Positions 54,816 to 64,000 of a stretch of 64,000 bases of DNA are shown here, in pieces. The notes below the pieces were generated by a model that was not told the origin of the DNA, did not search any database, and saw nothing but the letters and a program-made list of their open reading frames with translations. The first letter of the stretch is position 1; every line of letters begins with the position of its first letter. Made by a program: the position numbers and the translations under genes. This stretch comes from Candidatus Latescibacterota bacterium (GTDB lineage Bacteria; Latescibacterota; UBA2968). The DNA lies in contig OZ242010.1 in NCBI GenBank assembly GCA_965204745.1, forward strand, positions 2,432,001 through 2,496,000, written 5' to 3'.

Positions 54816-55895
54816 TTATGCCCAAAGCGCGGAGGGTTTGTAGTCGGGAAGAAATTCGGTCAATTTCTGGATGATGTCGTTGCGTTTGGTTTCTTCGGCC
54901 AGTTGTTCGAGTTCTGCAATCGCGGTTTCGAGCACAGCAATGTTGACTTGATCGGGTTGGGCGATAAAAATTTTCTTGTTTTTCGTCATGCAAATGCCTT
55001 CGGTTTGCGTGAGGAGCTCTTCGTGGAGTTTGTCGCCCGGGCGCAGGTCGATAAACTCGAGTTGTATATCCACCCCGGGTTCTTTGCCGGCCAAGCGTAT
55101 CATTTCGATAGCGAGGTCGATAATGGGCAGGGATTTGCCCATGTCGAGAATAAAAATTTCGCCGTTCTTGCCCATAGACCCGCTTTGAATCACCAGGCGG
55201 GCCGCCTCGGGGGTGGTCATAAAATACCGCGTGGCTTTGGGATGCACCGTCACCGGGCCTCCTTCGGCGATTTGCTTTTGGAACAGGGGCACAATTGACC
55301 CGCGCGCGCCGAGCACATTGCCAAAGCGCACCGTGACAAAGATCGCGTCAGACCGCCGAGAAAGCCCGCTGATCTGAAATTCTGAAAGCCGCTTGCCCGC
55401 GCCATAAACGCACACGGGCTTGACGGCTTTGTCCGTGGAGATCATCACAAATCGCCGAACCCCGTATTCGTGCGCGAGTTCCGAAACGATTTTGGTGCCG
55501 ATGATGTTGTTCTTGACGACTTCTTCCGGAAACGCTTCGATGAGTTCCACATGCTTGTGCGCCGCCGTGTGAAAAACAACCGCGGGCCGATGCGCTTCAT
55601 AAACTTGTCGCATGCGATTGGCGTCGCGGATGTCTGCGATGATGGGCAACACATTGACCTTTGGAAAATGCGTGCGGCATTCCAAATGAATGGTGTAAAT
55701 GCTCTGCTCCCCACGCCCGAGGAGCAAGAGGCATTTAGGCTCAAAACGACTGATCTGCCGGCAGAGTTCAGAACCGATAGACCCACCCGCACCGGTCACG
55801 AGAACGGTCTGATCATTCAGATAGGCCGCGATTTCCTTCAGGTCAATGTCGATTTCATCTCTGCCGAGCAGTTGATTCAAATGCAGTTCGGTCAT
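54816..55895 (-). CDS. Nucleotide-sugar 4,6-dehydratase (CapD/PglF catalytic domain, no TM part)
   Basis: LLGRD, VTGAGGSIGSELCRQ, AAHKHV, ISTDKAV, RFGNVLG. Confidence 0.88.
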   Translation of the reverse strand: MTELHLNQLLGRDEIDIDLKEIAAYLNDQTVLVTGAGGSIGSELCRQISRFEPKCLLLLGRGEQSIYTIHLECRTHFPKVNVLPIIADIRDANRMRQVYEAHRPAVVFHTAAHKHVELIEAFPEEVVKNNIIGTKIVSELAHEYGVRRFVMISTDKAVKPVCVYGAGKRLSEFQISGLSRRSDAIFVTVRFGNVLGARGSIVPLFQKQIAEGGPVTVHPKATRYFMTTPEAARLVIQSGSMGKNGEIFILDMGKSLPIIDLAIEMIRLAGKEPGVDIQLEFIDLRPGDKLHEELLTQTEGICMTKNKKIFIAQPDQVNIAVLETAIAELEQLAEETKRNDIIQKLTEFLPDYKPSALWA

Positions 55896-56090
55896 GTTTT
55901 CAGATAGGCCAAAAGTTGTGGAAATGTCGAAACGGGTAAAAAATAAAAAAAAGCCAGAAAAAGACAAGATACGAGAAGTAATACCAACCTGCGTCCCATC
56001 AAGGCATTGGGAATGCCCCACGCCCCACAATTCGCGTCGCGTGCTAAGTCCGCATACCGCACATTAGGACAACAACCATTCAAGTTGGTA

Positions 56091-57041
56091 TTACGCCTTC
56101 GCCTCGAGTTGATCCACCAAGCGGATGGAGTGGATGACGTCGCGCAGGTCGTTATGGGGCACTTGGTCGGTATTGATGCACTCGACAAAATGCCGGTGCA
56201 TGGTCAAGACGCCGTCGTAACTGGCGACATCTTCTTCATCCGCGCCGTCGATCTCCCATCCCCCCAAAGTACGCACTTGGTTGTTTTCGTGAATCTCGAT
56301 CTCCTGCGGGATTTTCATATAACACCCGATACCCACCCCGTGCAATTCAGCGCGCAACACGCGACCGCCGGAGGCGCGATTGCCAAAGATGGCGCCGGTG
56401 GCACCGTTCTCAAACCGGATGAGGGCCGTGTAATTGTTGTAGCTTTCGCTACCGAATTTGTCCTGATAGGCGGTGACGTCAACCGGTTCGCTCCCGGCCA
56501 TATAGCGCGTGAGATCGACGATATGGCAAACGTCGTTCCACAAGGTGGAGGTAAATTCCTTGCCGTCGCCGCCGAGCATCTGCTTGTTGAACGTGGTGAC
56601 GATAGATGAGACCGGGCCTTTTTCCGAGACGAGGCGCGTGGCTTCGCGCGTGACCGCTGTGTATCGGCGTTGAAAGCCGACCATCGCAAAGACATTGTTG
56701 CCCACGGCCGCTTCGAGCAACTGCTCGGTTTCTTCCAGATTCGCGCCTGGGGGCTTCTCGATGAAAATGTGTTTCCCCGCGTTCATGCAGTCGAGGGCGG
56801 TTTGCAAGATCCATTTCTCGTTCATCACGCAATAGATGACGTCGAGGTCCGCTTTGTCGAGCATCTGGCGGTGGTCCGCGTAGGTCTGCGGAAATTCGTA
56901 CTTTTTCGCCACTTGATTCAGGCGTTCCTCGTCGAGTTCGCAAACCGCGCTCATTTCGACCTCGCGCTCCAAGCGATGCACGCTCGGATAATGCGCCCCC
57001 TGACTGCGATGCCCCGCGCCGATAAAGCCTGCTTTTAACAT
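56091..57041 (-). CDS. Gfo/Idh/MocA family oxidoreductase
   Basis: GFIGAG, IEKPPG, GFQRRY; GGAGG RBS. Confidence 0.9.
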   Translation of the reverse strand: MLKAGFIGAGHRSQGAHYPSVHRLEREVEMSAVCELDEERLNQVAKKYEFPQTYADHRQMLDKADLDVIYCVMNEKWILQTALDCMNAGKHIFIEKPPGANLEETEQLLEAAVGNNVFAMVGFQRRYTAVTREATRLVSEKGPVSSIVTTFNKQMLGGDGKEFTSTLWNDVCHIVDLTRYMAGSEPVDVTAYQDKFGSESYNNYTALIRFENGATGAIFGNRASGGRVLRAELHGVGIGCYMKIPQEIEIHENNQVRTLGGWEIDGADEEDVASYDGVLTMHRHFVECINTDQVPHNDLRDVIHSIRLVDQLEAKA

Positions 57042-57236
57042 GGGAACTCCTCCAAAGATGTAATAAAAAACGGACGACTGACCGCTATTCATACTTGCTA
57101 CAAACCGCAATGTCAAGTTGATTGTTGCGCGGGTGCAAAATTATTTTGTTCTAGTGCTCCGTTGGCGTTATCATTCCCACTGACAGCATGACAAACTCGG
57201 CGCGTTGTACAACGCATTCACAACAGGAGGTACACC

Positions 57237-58328
57237 ATGAAAGCCGCTGTTTTGCACGCAGCCCATCAGCCGATCCGCGTGGAAGAGGTCGAGATTGCGG
57301 CCCCCATCGGGCGCGAGGTCTTGGTTCGCACGGTTGCGGCGGGGGTTTGCCACAGCGATGTCCACTTTAGGGAAGGGCTTCACACCTGCGCCATGCCCGC
57401 GGTGATGGGCCACGAGTCCGCAGGGATTGTAGAGGCCGTTGGCGCGGACGTGACATACGCAAAACCCGGCGACCATGTGATTACGTGCTTGTCGGTTTTT
57501 TGCGGGCATTGCCGGTACTGCACCACCGGGCGTCCCAATCTGTGCGAAGACCGGGAATCCACGCAGCGCAAAGAGATGGACAGGCCGCGCTTGTCCCAAG
57601 ACGGTCGGGAATTGTTTCAGTTTGCAAACCTCGCCTCGTACGCAGAACAGTTGCTGGTGCATGAGAACGCGGTCTGCAAAGTGCGCGAGGACATGCCGCT
57701 GGACAAGGCCGCGCTGATCGGATGCGGCGTGACCACCGGGATGGGCGCCGCGCTCAACACGGCAAAGGTCGAGCCGGGCAGTACAGTGGCGGTCGTCGGA
57801 TGCGGCGGCATTGGCTTGAGCGCGGTTCAAGGCGCGCGCATCGGGGGCGCGGGGCGCATCATCGCCGTGGATGCAGTGTCTTCCAAATTGCAACTGGCCA
57901 AGGAATTAGGCGCGACCGATCTCGTCAATGCGAATGACGGGGATGCGGTCGAGCAAATTATGGATCTGACCGGCGGCAATGGGGTGGCGTATTCGTTCGA
58001 GGCGGTGGGCTTGAAGCGAACCGCAGAGCAGTGCTTTGAGATGCTCGAAAGGGGCGGCACGGCCACGGTAATCGGCATGATTCCCGAGGGCGTTAAAATC
58101 GAACTGACCGGGCACGACTTGCTGGGCGAGCGCAAAATTCAGGGGTCGAGCATGGGATCCAATCGCTTTCGCGTGGATATGCCCCGGTACGTGGACATGT
58201 ATTTGATGGGCAATCTCAAGTTGGATGAGATGATTTCCCACGCGATAGCCTTAGACGATATCGACGATGCGTTCAATGCCTTGCTCGAGGGCGAAGTCGC
58301 GCGGCAGGTCATTCACTTCGACGTGTGA
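57237..58328 (+). CDS. Zn-dependent alcohol dehydrogenase
   Basis: GVCHSD, GHESAG, CGHCRYC...C, GCGVTTG, GCGGIG. Confidence 0.92.
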   Translation: MKAAVLHAAHQPIRVEEVEIAAPIGREVLVRTVAAGVCHSDVHFREGLHTCAMPAVMGHESAGIVEAVGADVTYAKPGDHVITCLSVFCGHCRYCTTGRPNLCEDRESTQRKEMDRPRLSQDGRELFQFANLASYAEQLLVHENAVCKVREDMPLDKAALIGCGVTTGMGAALNTAKVEPGSTVAVVGCGGIGLSAVQGARIGGAGRIIAVDAVSSKLQLAKELGATDLVNANDGDAVEQIMDLTGGNGVAYSFEAVGLKRTAEQCFEMLERGGTATVIGMIPEGVKIELTGHDLLGERKIQGSSMGSNRFRVDMPRYVDMYLMGNLKLDEMISHAIALDDIDDAFNALLEGEVARQVIHFDV

Positions 58329-58340
58329 AAGGAAGAGAAC

Positions 58341-59228
58341 ATGGCGCGTGTTGGGCTGATCGGCGTGGGGGATATGGGCAGTGGCATGGCGGCGAATATT
58401 TTGAAAAACGGACACGATCTCGTCCTCTGCGATTTGCGGCCCGAACAACTGGCCCCGTTTGTCGCACGAGGCGCGCGGGCCGCAGAAACCCCGGCCCAAG
58501 TGGGCGACCAGGCGGACTTTGTGTTCGTCATGGTCATGAATGGCGCGCAGATCGCGGCGATCTTGAAGGGCGGTTTGTTGGACAGCTTGAAACCGGGATC
58601 GACGTTTATCTGCACATCGACCATCCTGCGCTCCGAACTCATCGAAGTCGCGCAGTGGCTAGAGGACAAGGGCATCAACGTCGTCGATGCACCCGTCAGC
58701 GGTGGCGCGCCCGGTGCTACGGCCGGCACCTTGACGATGATGGTGGCCGCACAGCGAGAGGTCTTTGACCGCACCAAAGAAGTGCTCCAATCGGTCGGCG
58801 AACACATTTACCACGTCGGCGAAGAAATCGGCACCGGGCAAACCGTGAAAGCGTGTCTGGCCGTTTTGACCGGGGTGACGTACGCGGGCATCTTCGAGAC
58901 CCTGGCCCTCGGCGTCAAAGCGGGCGTGAAACCCGAAACCCTGTGCGAGGTGATCGATACGAGTGTGGTGGGCAGCTTTTTGTTTCGAGACACCGCGCAA
59001 AATATTCTGGAACGGAAGTTTGTGGGCCAAAGCCGCATCGGCACGATGTACAAAGACTTGGGCATCGCCAAGGCACTGGGCCGCGAGTGCGGCGTCCCCC
59101 TGTTCACCCTGTCCTCGGCTGCGGAATGGTTCCAAGCCGGCATCAGCGTCAATCCCGACGAATCGAACTGGGCGATCATCAAAATTTTCGAAGATATGCT
59201 CGGGATTGAGGTGAAGGGAAAGACGTAA
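58341..59228 (+). CDS. NAD(P)-dependent beta-hydroxyacid dehydrogenase (HIBADH/threonate dehydrogenase family)
   Basis: GLIGVGDMG, DAPVSGG, KDLGIA. Confidence 0.88.
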   Translation: MARVGLIGVGDMGSGMAANILKNGHDLVLCDLRPEQLAPFVARGARAAETPAQVGDQADFVFVMVMNGAQIAAILKGGLLDSLKPGSTFICTSTILRSELIEVAQWLEDKGINVVDAPVSGGAPGATAGTLTMMVAAQREVFDRTKEVLQSVGEHIYHVGEEIGTGQTVKACLAVLTGVTYAGIFETLALGVKAGVKPETLCEVIDTSVVGSFLFRDTAQNILERKFVGQSRIGTMYKDLGIAKALGRECGVPLFTLSSAAEWFQAGISVNPDESNWAIIKIFEDMLGIEVKGKT

Positions 59229-59307
59229 GACGGGAGGCGGGAGGCGGGAGACGGGAGACGTAAGACGGGAGACGTGAGACGTAAGACGTGAGACGTGAGA
59301 CGTAAGA
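59221..59307. repeat. Degenerate heptamer tandem repeat (AGACGTG/AGACGTA/AGACGGG)
   Basis: About 12 seven-bp units starting at the stop codon. Confidence 0.85.
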
Positions 59308-59557
59308 TGGGATTTTAGCCACGAGCGGGGTACAACTGGCGATAGCCCGTTCAAAGGCACAAAAGGGGTACACTCAAAGGCGAGCGATATGTGTAGGGGC
59401 GATGCCTCCGTGCTCGCTCAAAGATACAAGACGAAGAGGGATTGGGCGGAAAGGGGGCCTGTCCCTACGATTCATCCCTCGCATTTTGGGGTAGTCGGGT
59501 GGCCCTCTCACCTCTCCCGTCTTACTTCTTACCCCCGGGCCGGGCGGCTGGGTGGAG

Positions 59558-59580
59558 ACTGACAACTGACAACTGACAAC
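59558..59580. repeat. (ACTGACA)n heptamer tract split by the IS; continues at 60766-60817
   Basis: Same unit on both IS flanks. Confidence 0.9.
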
Positions 59581-60765
59581 GGCGTTGTTGCATAAATAGC
59601 AATTTCCTGCAAGTTGGGATTGCAAAAAGACAGGCTCCTTCGTAGATTGGGCATATAGATCACCAAAACAACTCACCCTTTCTCACCAGGAACCTGTCAT
59701 GCCCAAGATAACCGCTTCCAAACCCGCCGTCAAGTCCCCGCGTCGCCCGCGTCGCCCGCGCTGTGCGCCTGTCTATCGGGTTAGGAACTGGGCGGCCTAC
59801 GAGGCCGGTCTCAAGCAGCGGGGCAGTCTGACGTTTTGGATCACGCCGCAAGCCCTTCGGAACTGGTACCATCAAGGGCCAACGCAACGGGGGCGGCAAA
59901 ACACCTTTTCAGATTTGGCTATTCAAACGGCATTGATGGTGCGCTTGGTCTATGCCTTGCCCCTGCGTCAAACCGAGGGGTTTCTCAAGTCCATCCTGGC
60001 ATTGATGGGGGTGGATTTGCGTGTGCCCGATCACACGACCCTCTGCCGGCGACAGGGCGATTTGAACGTGGATTTACCTGTCCAATCCCGTCACGAGCCG
60101 ATCCACTTGGTGGTGGATTCTACCGGCCTGAAAGTGTATGGCGAAGGCGAATGGAAGGTGCGTCAACACGGCTTTTGCAAGCGCCGGACTTGGCGCAAAT
60201 TGCACATCGGCGTCGATGAGGCCACCGGGGAGATTGTCGCACAGACCCTGACCTCGGCAAGCGTTGATGACGCTTCGCAGGTCAACCCCTTGCTCGATCA
60301 AGTCCCGGCCCCTGTCCATACGCTGGGCGCCGATGGCGGCTATGACAAACGCAAGGTCTTCAACACATGCGCCGCCCCCAAACAAGGAGCCCCCATCCGA
60401 CCTCTGATTCCCCCGCGCCATGATGCCAAAATTGAACAACACGGAAACAGGAAGGCACCCCCCCTCGCCCGCGATGAAATCATCCGAGCCATCCGGCGTC
60501 AAGGCCGCCGACAGTGGAAACGCACCAGTGGCTATCATCGTCGCTCGGTCGTTGAAACCCACATAGGCCGCTACAAACAACTCATTGGGCGGCAGTTGCG
60601 CGCACGAAAAAAGAAGAACCAAGAAACGGAAGCACGGTTGGGATGTGCGGTGCTCAATCGCATGATGAGGATCGCGAAACCCGTGTCCTATCCCATAGAA
60701 AGAAGGGCTTAAATTTCGCGGGAAAGGGACGAACTTAGCCACGACAACATTTATGCAACAACGCC
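59581..60765 (+). mobile_element. Intact IS5-family (IS903-like) insertion sequence
   Basis: 17-bp terminal inverted repeats GGCGTTGTTGCATAAAT/ATTTATGCAACAACGCC; flanks consistent with a 9-bp TSD ACTGACAAC. Confidence 0.93.
59699..60712 (+). CDS. IS5 family (IS903 group) transposase
   Basis: NWAAYEAGLKQRGSLTFW, DSTGLKVYGEGEW, WRKLH, ADGGYD, GYHRRSVVET. Confidence 0.95.
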   Translation: MPKITASKPAVKSPRRPRRPRCAPVYRVRNWAAYEAGLKQRGSLTFWITPQALRNWYHQGPTQRGRQNTFSDLAIQTALMVRLVYALPLRQTEGFLKSILALMGVDLRVPDHTTLCRRQGDLNVDLPVQSRHEPIHLVVDSTGLKVYGEGEWKVRQHGFCKRRTWRKLHIGVDEATGEIVAQTLTSASVDDASQVNPLLDQVPAPVHTLGADGGYDKRKVFNTCAAPKQGAPIRPLIPPRHDAKIEQHGNRKAPPLARDEIIRAIRRQGRRQWKRTSGYHRRSVVETHIGRYKQLIGRQLRARKKKNQETEARLGCAVLNRMMRIAKPVSYPIERRA

Positions 60766-60822
60766 ACTGACAACTGACAACTGACAACTGACAACTGACA
60801 ACTGACAACTGACAACTGCCTT

Positions 60823-61686
60823 ATGAAACTCGGCGTAATCACAGATGGCATCAGCAGGGATTTGGAACGCGCATTGGACGTCATGGCGGAATGCGGGTTG
60901 CGATATCCCGAACTCCAATTCGTTTGGGATCGCGAGGTGGGCGATCACGACGCCGCGCAGGTCGCGCGCATGAAGGCGTTGGTGGATCAGCGCGATATGG
61001 CGGTCTCCTGCATCTCGCGGCACAATTTCGCCGGCCTGCCCGTGTTGCAAACCGACGTGGAAGACGCGGCGTTTGAAGACCACGTGGCCGGCTTGCGGCG
61101 GTGCATTGGCCTCGCCAAAACCCTGGGCGTGGATCTGGTCAGGATTATGAGTTGCAGGAAGGAGATGATCCTGTTTGGATATAACGGCGCCGAGGAGTGG
61201 ATTGTGACGTCCGGCGCGTGGGACAAGCTGGTGCGGCTGATGGCCGTGCCCGTGCAAATCGCCGAGGAGGAAGGCGTGACCCTGGTCCTTGAAACCGGGA
61301 ACAACGCCATGATCACGTCGGGGTTTCTCGGCCGCGAGTTGATCGACGAATTGGGCAGCGACCATCTCAAGTTGCTGTGGGATTTTCCCAATGCGATGTA
61401 TTGTGCGGATGTGCCGTTCCCGGATGCGTACGATGAGATTCGGGATTGCATCGGCCATATCCACGTCAAAGATGCAAAGATTCAGATCGCCCGTGCGACC
61501 GTCGGGTTCTGCCCCTTGGGCGAGGGCGATGTCGCGCCGTATTTGGAGCCGATAGCAAACGCGCTGCGCCGCGATGGGTACGCCGGGGCCATTTCCTACG
61601 AGAGCGTGTACCGGCCCACGGGCGGCACGTACGAAGATGGGTTTTGGGCGAGTGTGGCGACATTCAAAGCCATTTTTGGCGACTAG
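60823..61686 (+). CDS. Sugar phosphate isomerase/epimerase family protein
   Basis: MKLGVITDGIS, LVLETG, HIHVKD, GEGDV, ISYE. Confidence 0.85.
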   Translation: MKLGVITDGISRDLERALDVMAECGLRYPELQFVWDREVGDHDAAQVARMKALVDQRDMAVSCISRHNFAGLPVLQTDVEDAAFEDHVAGLRRCIGLAKTLGVDLVRIMSCRKEMILFGYNGAEEWIVTSGAWDKLVRLMAVPVQIAEEEGVTLVLETGNNAMITSGFLGRELIDELGSDHLKLLWDFPNAMYCADVPFPDAYDEIRDCIGHIHVKDAKIQIARATVGFCPLGEGDVAPYLEPIANALRRDGYAGAISYESVYRPTGGTYEDGFWASVATFKAIFGD

Positions 61687-61691
61687 GAGCG

Positions 61692-64000
61692 ATGGGTATG
61701 ATCGGATTTTGGCTTGTGATTTTTACCGTTGCAGGGCTTTGCGCGCAGGCGATGGGCCAAGGCGTGGTCAAAGAAATTGCGGGCGATCTGGCCTATGTGG
61801 CGGGGTTGAACGGCGATGCGACTTTGGGCAGTCAGTTGCAGGTGGATGAGGACGGCGCGACGCTTCAGGTGATCAAAAAGCTCGACGATGTGCTCGTGGC
61901 CCGCGTGGTCATGGAAAATGGGGCGCCCGTGAAAGTGTCCGACCGGATTCGCATCCTCGCCACGCCGGCTTCTGATGGCGCGCCGCGCACGGTGTACGCG
62001 GTTCGCGTGGACCAAGGCCCCAAATTAGATGGGCACTTGGACGACGCGGCGTGGCGACAGGCCAAGCCCATCGAGGGCTTTGTGCAACGCGATCCGGGGT
62101 ATTGGGTGCCGAGCACGGAGCGCACCATTGCCCGCATTCTCTACGACCATGAGAAAATCTATTTCGGGTTTGCGTGTTACGATTCCGAGCCGCAAAAGAT
62201 CGTGGCGAACAACATGCGCCGGGATTCGGAGGTGTGGGGCGACGACAACGTGCAAATCCTGTTGGATACGTACAACGACCGGCAGACCGGAGCCTTCTTT
62301 TTCGTCAATGCTCTGGGCGCGAAACGCGATCTCATCCTGTCCCAAGAGGGGCGCACGTATAACGATGACTGGGATTGTATCTGGGAGGCCAAAGGCCGCC
62401 GGCACGACGAGGGCTGGTCCGTGGAGGTGGCGATTCCATTTGCCCAACTGCGGTTTAAGGACAAAGCAGACGCAGCGTGGGGCATCAACTTGGCGCGGTT
62501 CATCGCCCGCAAAACCGAGTCCGCGGCCCTGATGGTGGGGCGGCGATCCACATCCCCAACGCAGCGTTATCGCACGTCTGATCTCGCGGAACTGCGCGGC
62601 CTGACCGCGTTGAAGACCAAGCGCGTGTTGCAGGTCAAACCCTATTTGTTGCCCGGCCTGCTAAGGGATTTGAAGGCGGACGACCCGGCCGCGCAGGGGG
62701 CCTTTGAAGCGGGTGTGGATGCGCGCTATGGGATCACGCCCAATATGATGCTGGACTTGTCCTACAACACGGATTTTGCCCAAGTGGAAGGCGATCAAGA
62801 GCAGGTGAACTTGACGCAGTTCTCACAATTTTTCCCGGAGAAGCGCGAGTTTTTCCTCGAAGGCGCCAGTCTGTTCGACTTTGGCGAGGCCGCCACGCGC
62901 CGCGGCGGAGACAGCCGCCCGCCCACGATTTTGTTTTACAGCCGGCGCATCGGTCTGGAAAACAAGCAACCGGTGCCGATTCTCTTGGGTAGCAAGTTGG
63001 CGGGCAAAGCTGGCAAGACGAGCATCGGCGCGTTGAATGTGCTGACCGATGCCGCGCTGTTGCCAGATAGCACGCGGGTCGAGCGTAGCAATTTTTCCGC
63101 GTTGCGCGTGAAGCGCGATGTGTTGGCGCGATCCAATGTCGGCGCGATTTTTGTGAACAAGCAAACCCGCATCCCCAACTCGGGATGGGACGACTACAAT
63201 CGCGCGGCCGGGGTGGATTTCAGTTTTTCCCCGTCCAACGCCCTCAATTTTCAGGGGTTTTACGCGCGCACCTGGGAGGTGAAAGACGCGGATGAGACCG
63301 GGGATGCAGTTGAGACCGGGGACGCGATGTTTTTCCAGAGCACTTATACGGGTAGCGTGTATTCGGCTTCGGCAAAGGTGATCGATATCGAAGCGGCATT
63401 TCAGCCCAGGGCCGGGTTTGTCAATCGCCGCACGGGCCTGCCGGGCCTGCGTCGCTACGAGTCGTCTTTCAGGGCGCGGATTCCCTCTGCGTGGAAGCAC
63501 ATCCGCTACATTTCCACCGGGCCGCGCCTGCGCCTCATCACGGACAGGCAGAACGCGGTCAAGTTTTGGGATGTGCAGTGGGCGACTTATACGCGCTTCA
63601 ACACCGGCGATTGGTACCGCGTTGAGGTGACGCAAACGCACGATGTGGTCGAGCGCACGTTCAAGCCATCCAAAAAGCGACCCGACGTGATTATCCCGCA
63701 CGGCACGTACACATTCACGAAATTCAGGACCGGGCCTTTTCCGAGCCGCTCGCGGAAAATCCGCCCGGAGTTCGATTTTCAGTTTGGCTCTTATTACACG
63801 GGCAAGCGATACAAGTTTGCACTCGAAAACAGCTATCGGCCCTCGGGCCGCCTGTCTATCGAAACCGATTACGAAATCAATTGGGTGCGCCTGCCCGAGG
63901 GCAATTTCAATATCCAAGTGTTGAGTAACCGGCTGATTTACTCGTTTTCCACGGATTTTTACGTGAAGCTGTTCGCGCAGTGGAATAACGACAGCGAGCA
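61692..64000 (+). CDS. CBM9-like + DUF5916 outer-membrane protein (runs off the window)
   Basis: Not in the ORF track. Manual translation: signal MGMIGFWLVIFTVAGLCAQA, PKLDGHLDDAAW, WSVEVAIPF, NTDFAQVEGD, FFPEKREFFLEG, LFYSRRIG. Confidence 0.85.
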   Translation, partial: MGMIGFWLVIFTVAGLCAQAMGQGVVKEIAGDLAYVAGLNGDATLGSQLQVDEDGATLQVIKKLDDVLVARVVMENGAPVKVSDRIRILATPASDGAPRTVYAVRVDQGPKLDGHLDDAAWRQAKPIEGFVQRDPGYWVPSTERTIARILYDHEKIYFGFACYDSEPQKIVANNMRRDSEVWGDDNVQILLDTYNDRQTGAFFFVNALGAKRDLILSQEGRTYNDDWDCIWEAKGRRHDEGWSVEVAIPFAQLRFKDKADAAWGINLARFIARKTESAALMVGRRSTSPTQRYRTSDLAELRGLTALKTKRVLQVKPYLLPGLLRDLKADDPAAQGAFEAGVDARYGITPNMMLDLSYNTDFAQVEGDQEQVNLTQFSQFFPEKREFFLEGASLFDFGEAATRRGGDSRPPTILFYSRRIGLENKQPVPILLGSKLAGKAGKTSIGALNVLTDAALLPDSTRVERSNFSALRVKRDVLARSNVGAIFVNKQTRIPNSGWDDYNRAAGVDFSFSPSNALNFQGFYARTWEVKDADETGDAVETGDAMFFQSTYTGSVYSASAKVIDIEAAFQPRAGFVNRRTGLPGLRRYESSFRARIPSAWKHIRYISTGPRLRLITDRQNAVKFWDVQWATYTRFNTGDWYRVEVTQTHDVVERTFKPSKKRPDVIIPHGTYTFTKFRTGPFPSRSRKIRPEFDFQFGSYYTGKRYKFALENSYRPSGRLSIETDYEINWVRLPEGNFNIQVLSNRLIYSFSTDFYVKLFAQWNNDSE

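Noticed and set aside
62823-63917. 364-aa minus-strand ORF (and the similar 2-730 plus-strand ORF)
   Set aside because: Antisense shadows of the real genes truncated at the window edges.

Overview
GC-rich bacterial window of accessory-type DNA. The gene style (PhyH, sulfotransferase, many Gfo/Idh/MocA and sugar-isomerase genes, membrane-anchored coiled coils) would fit a sponge-symbiont-like Latescibacterota/Gemmatimonadota genome; that assignment is inference only. From left to right it holds: metabolic genes; a protein-less IS200/IS605 omegaRNA-like remnant; tRNA-Phe; an orphan, cas-less CRISPR-repeat locus (4402-8452); a truncated IS5; a ~10.5 kb tandem array of mosaic secreted proteins (10033-20472); a sigma-54 two-component system with a clear target promoter driving lipid-modification genes; dusA; a ~26 kb Wzx/Wzy polysaccharide cluster rich in tailoring enzymes; an intact IS5 (IS903-like) inserted in a heptamer microsatellite; and sugar-catabolism genes. 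In the CRISPR locus, intact and degenerate repeats bracket a small gene, a three-gene cargo block that includes a UGA-containing peroxiredoxin-like gene, and an anticodon-less tRNA-like RNA. The array proteins are built from shuffled modules: a shared signal peptide, 1-3 Sm/LSm-like domains, a hypervariable Gly-rich hydrophobic hairpin and one of two conserved beta-signal C-termini. The best candidates for undescribed systems are the polymorphic cassette array, the gene-containing CRISPR-repeat locus and the tRNA-mimic RNA. All calls come from reading the sequence; no database searches were run.
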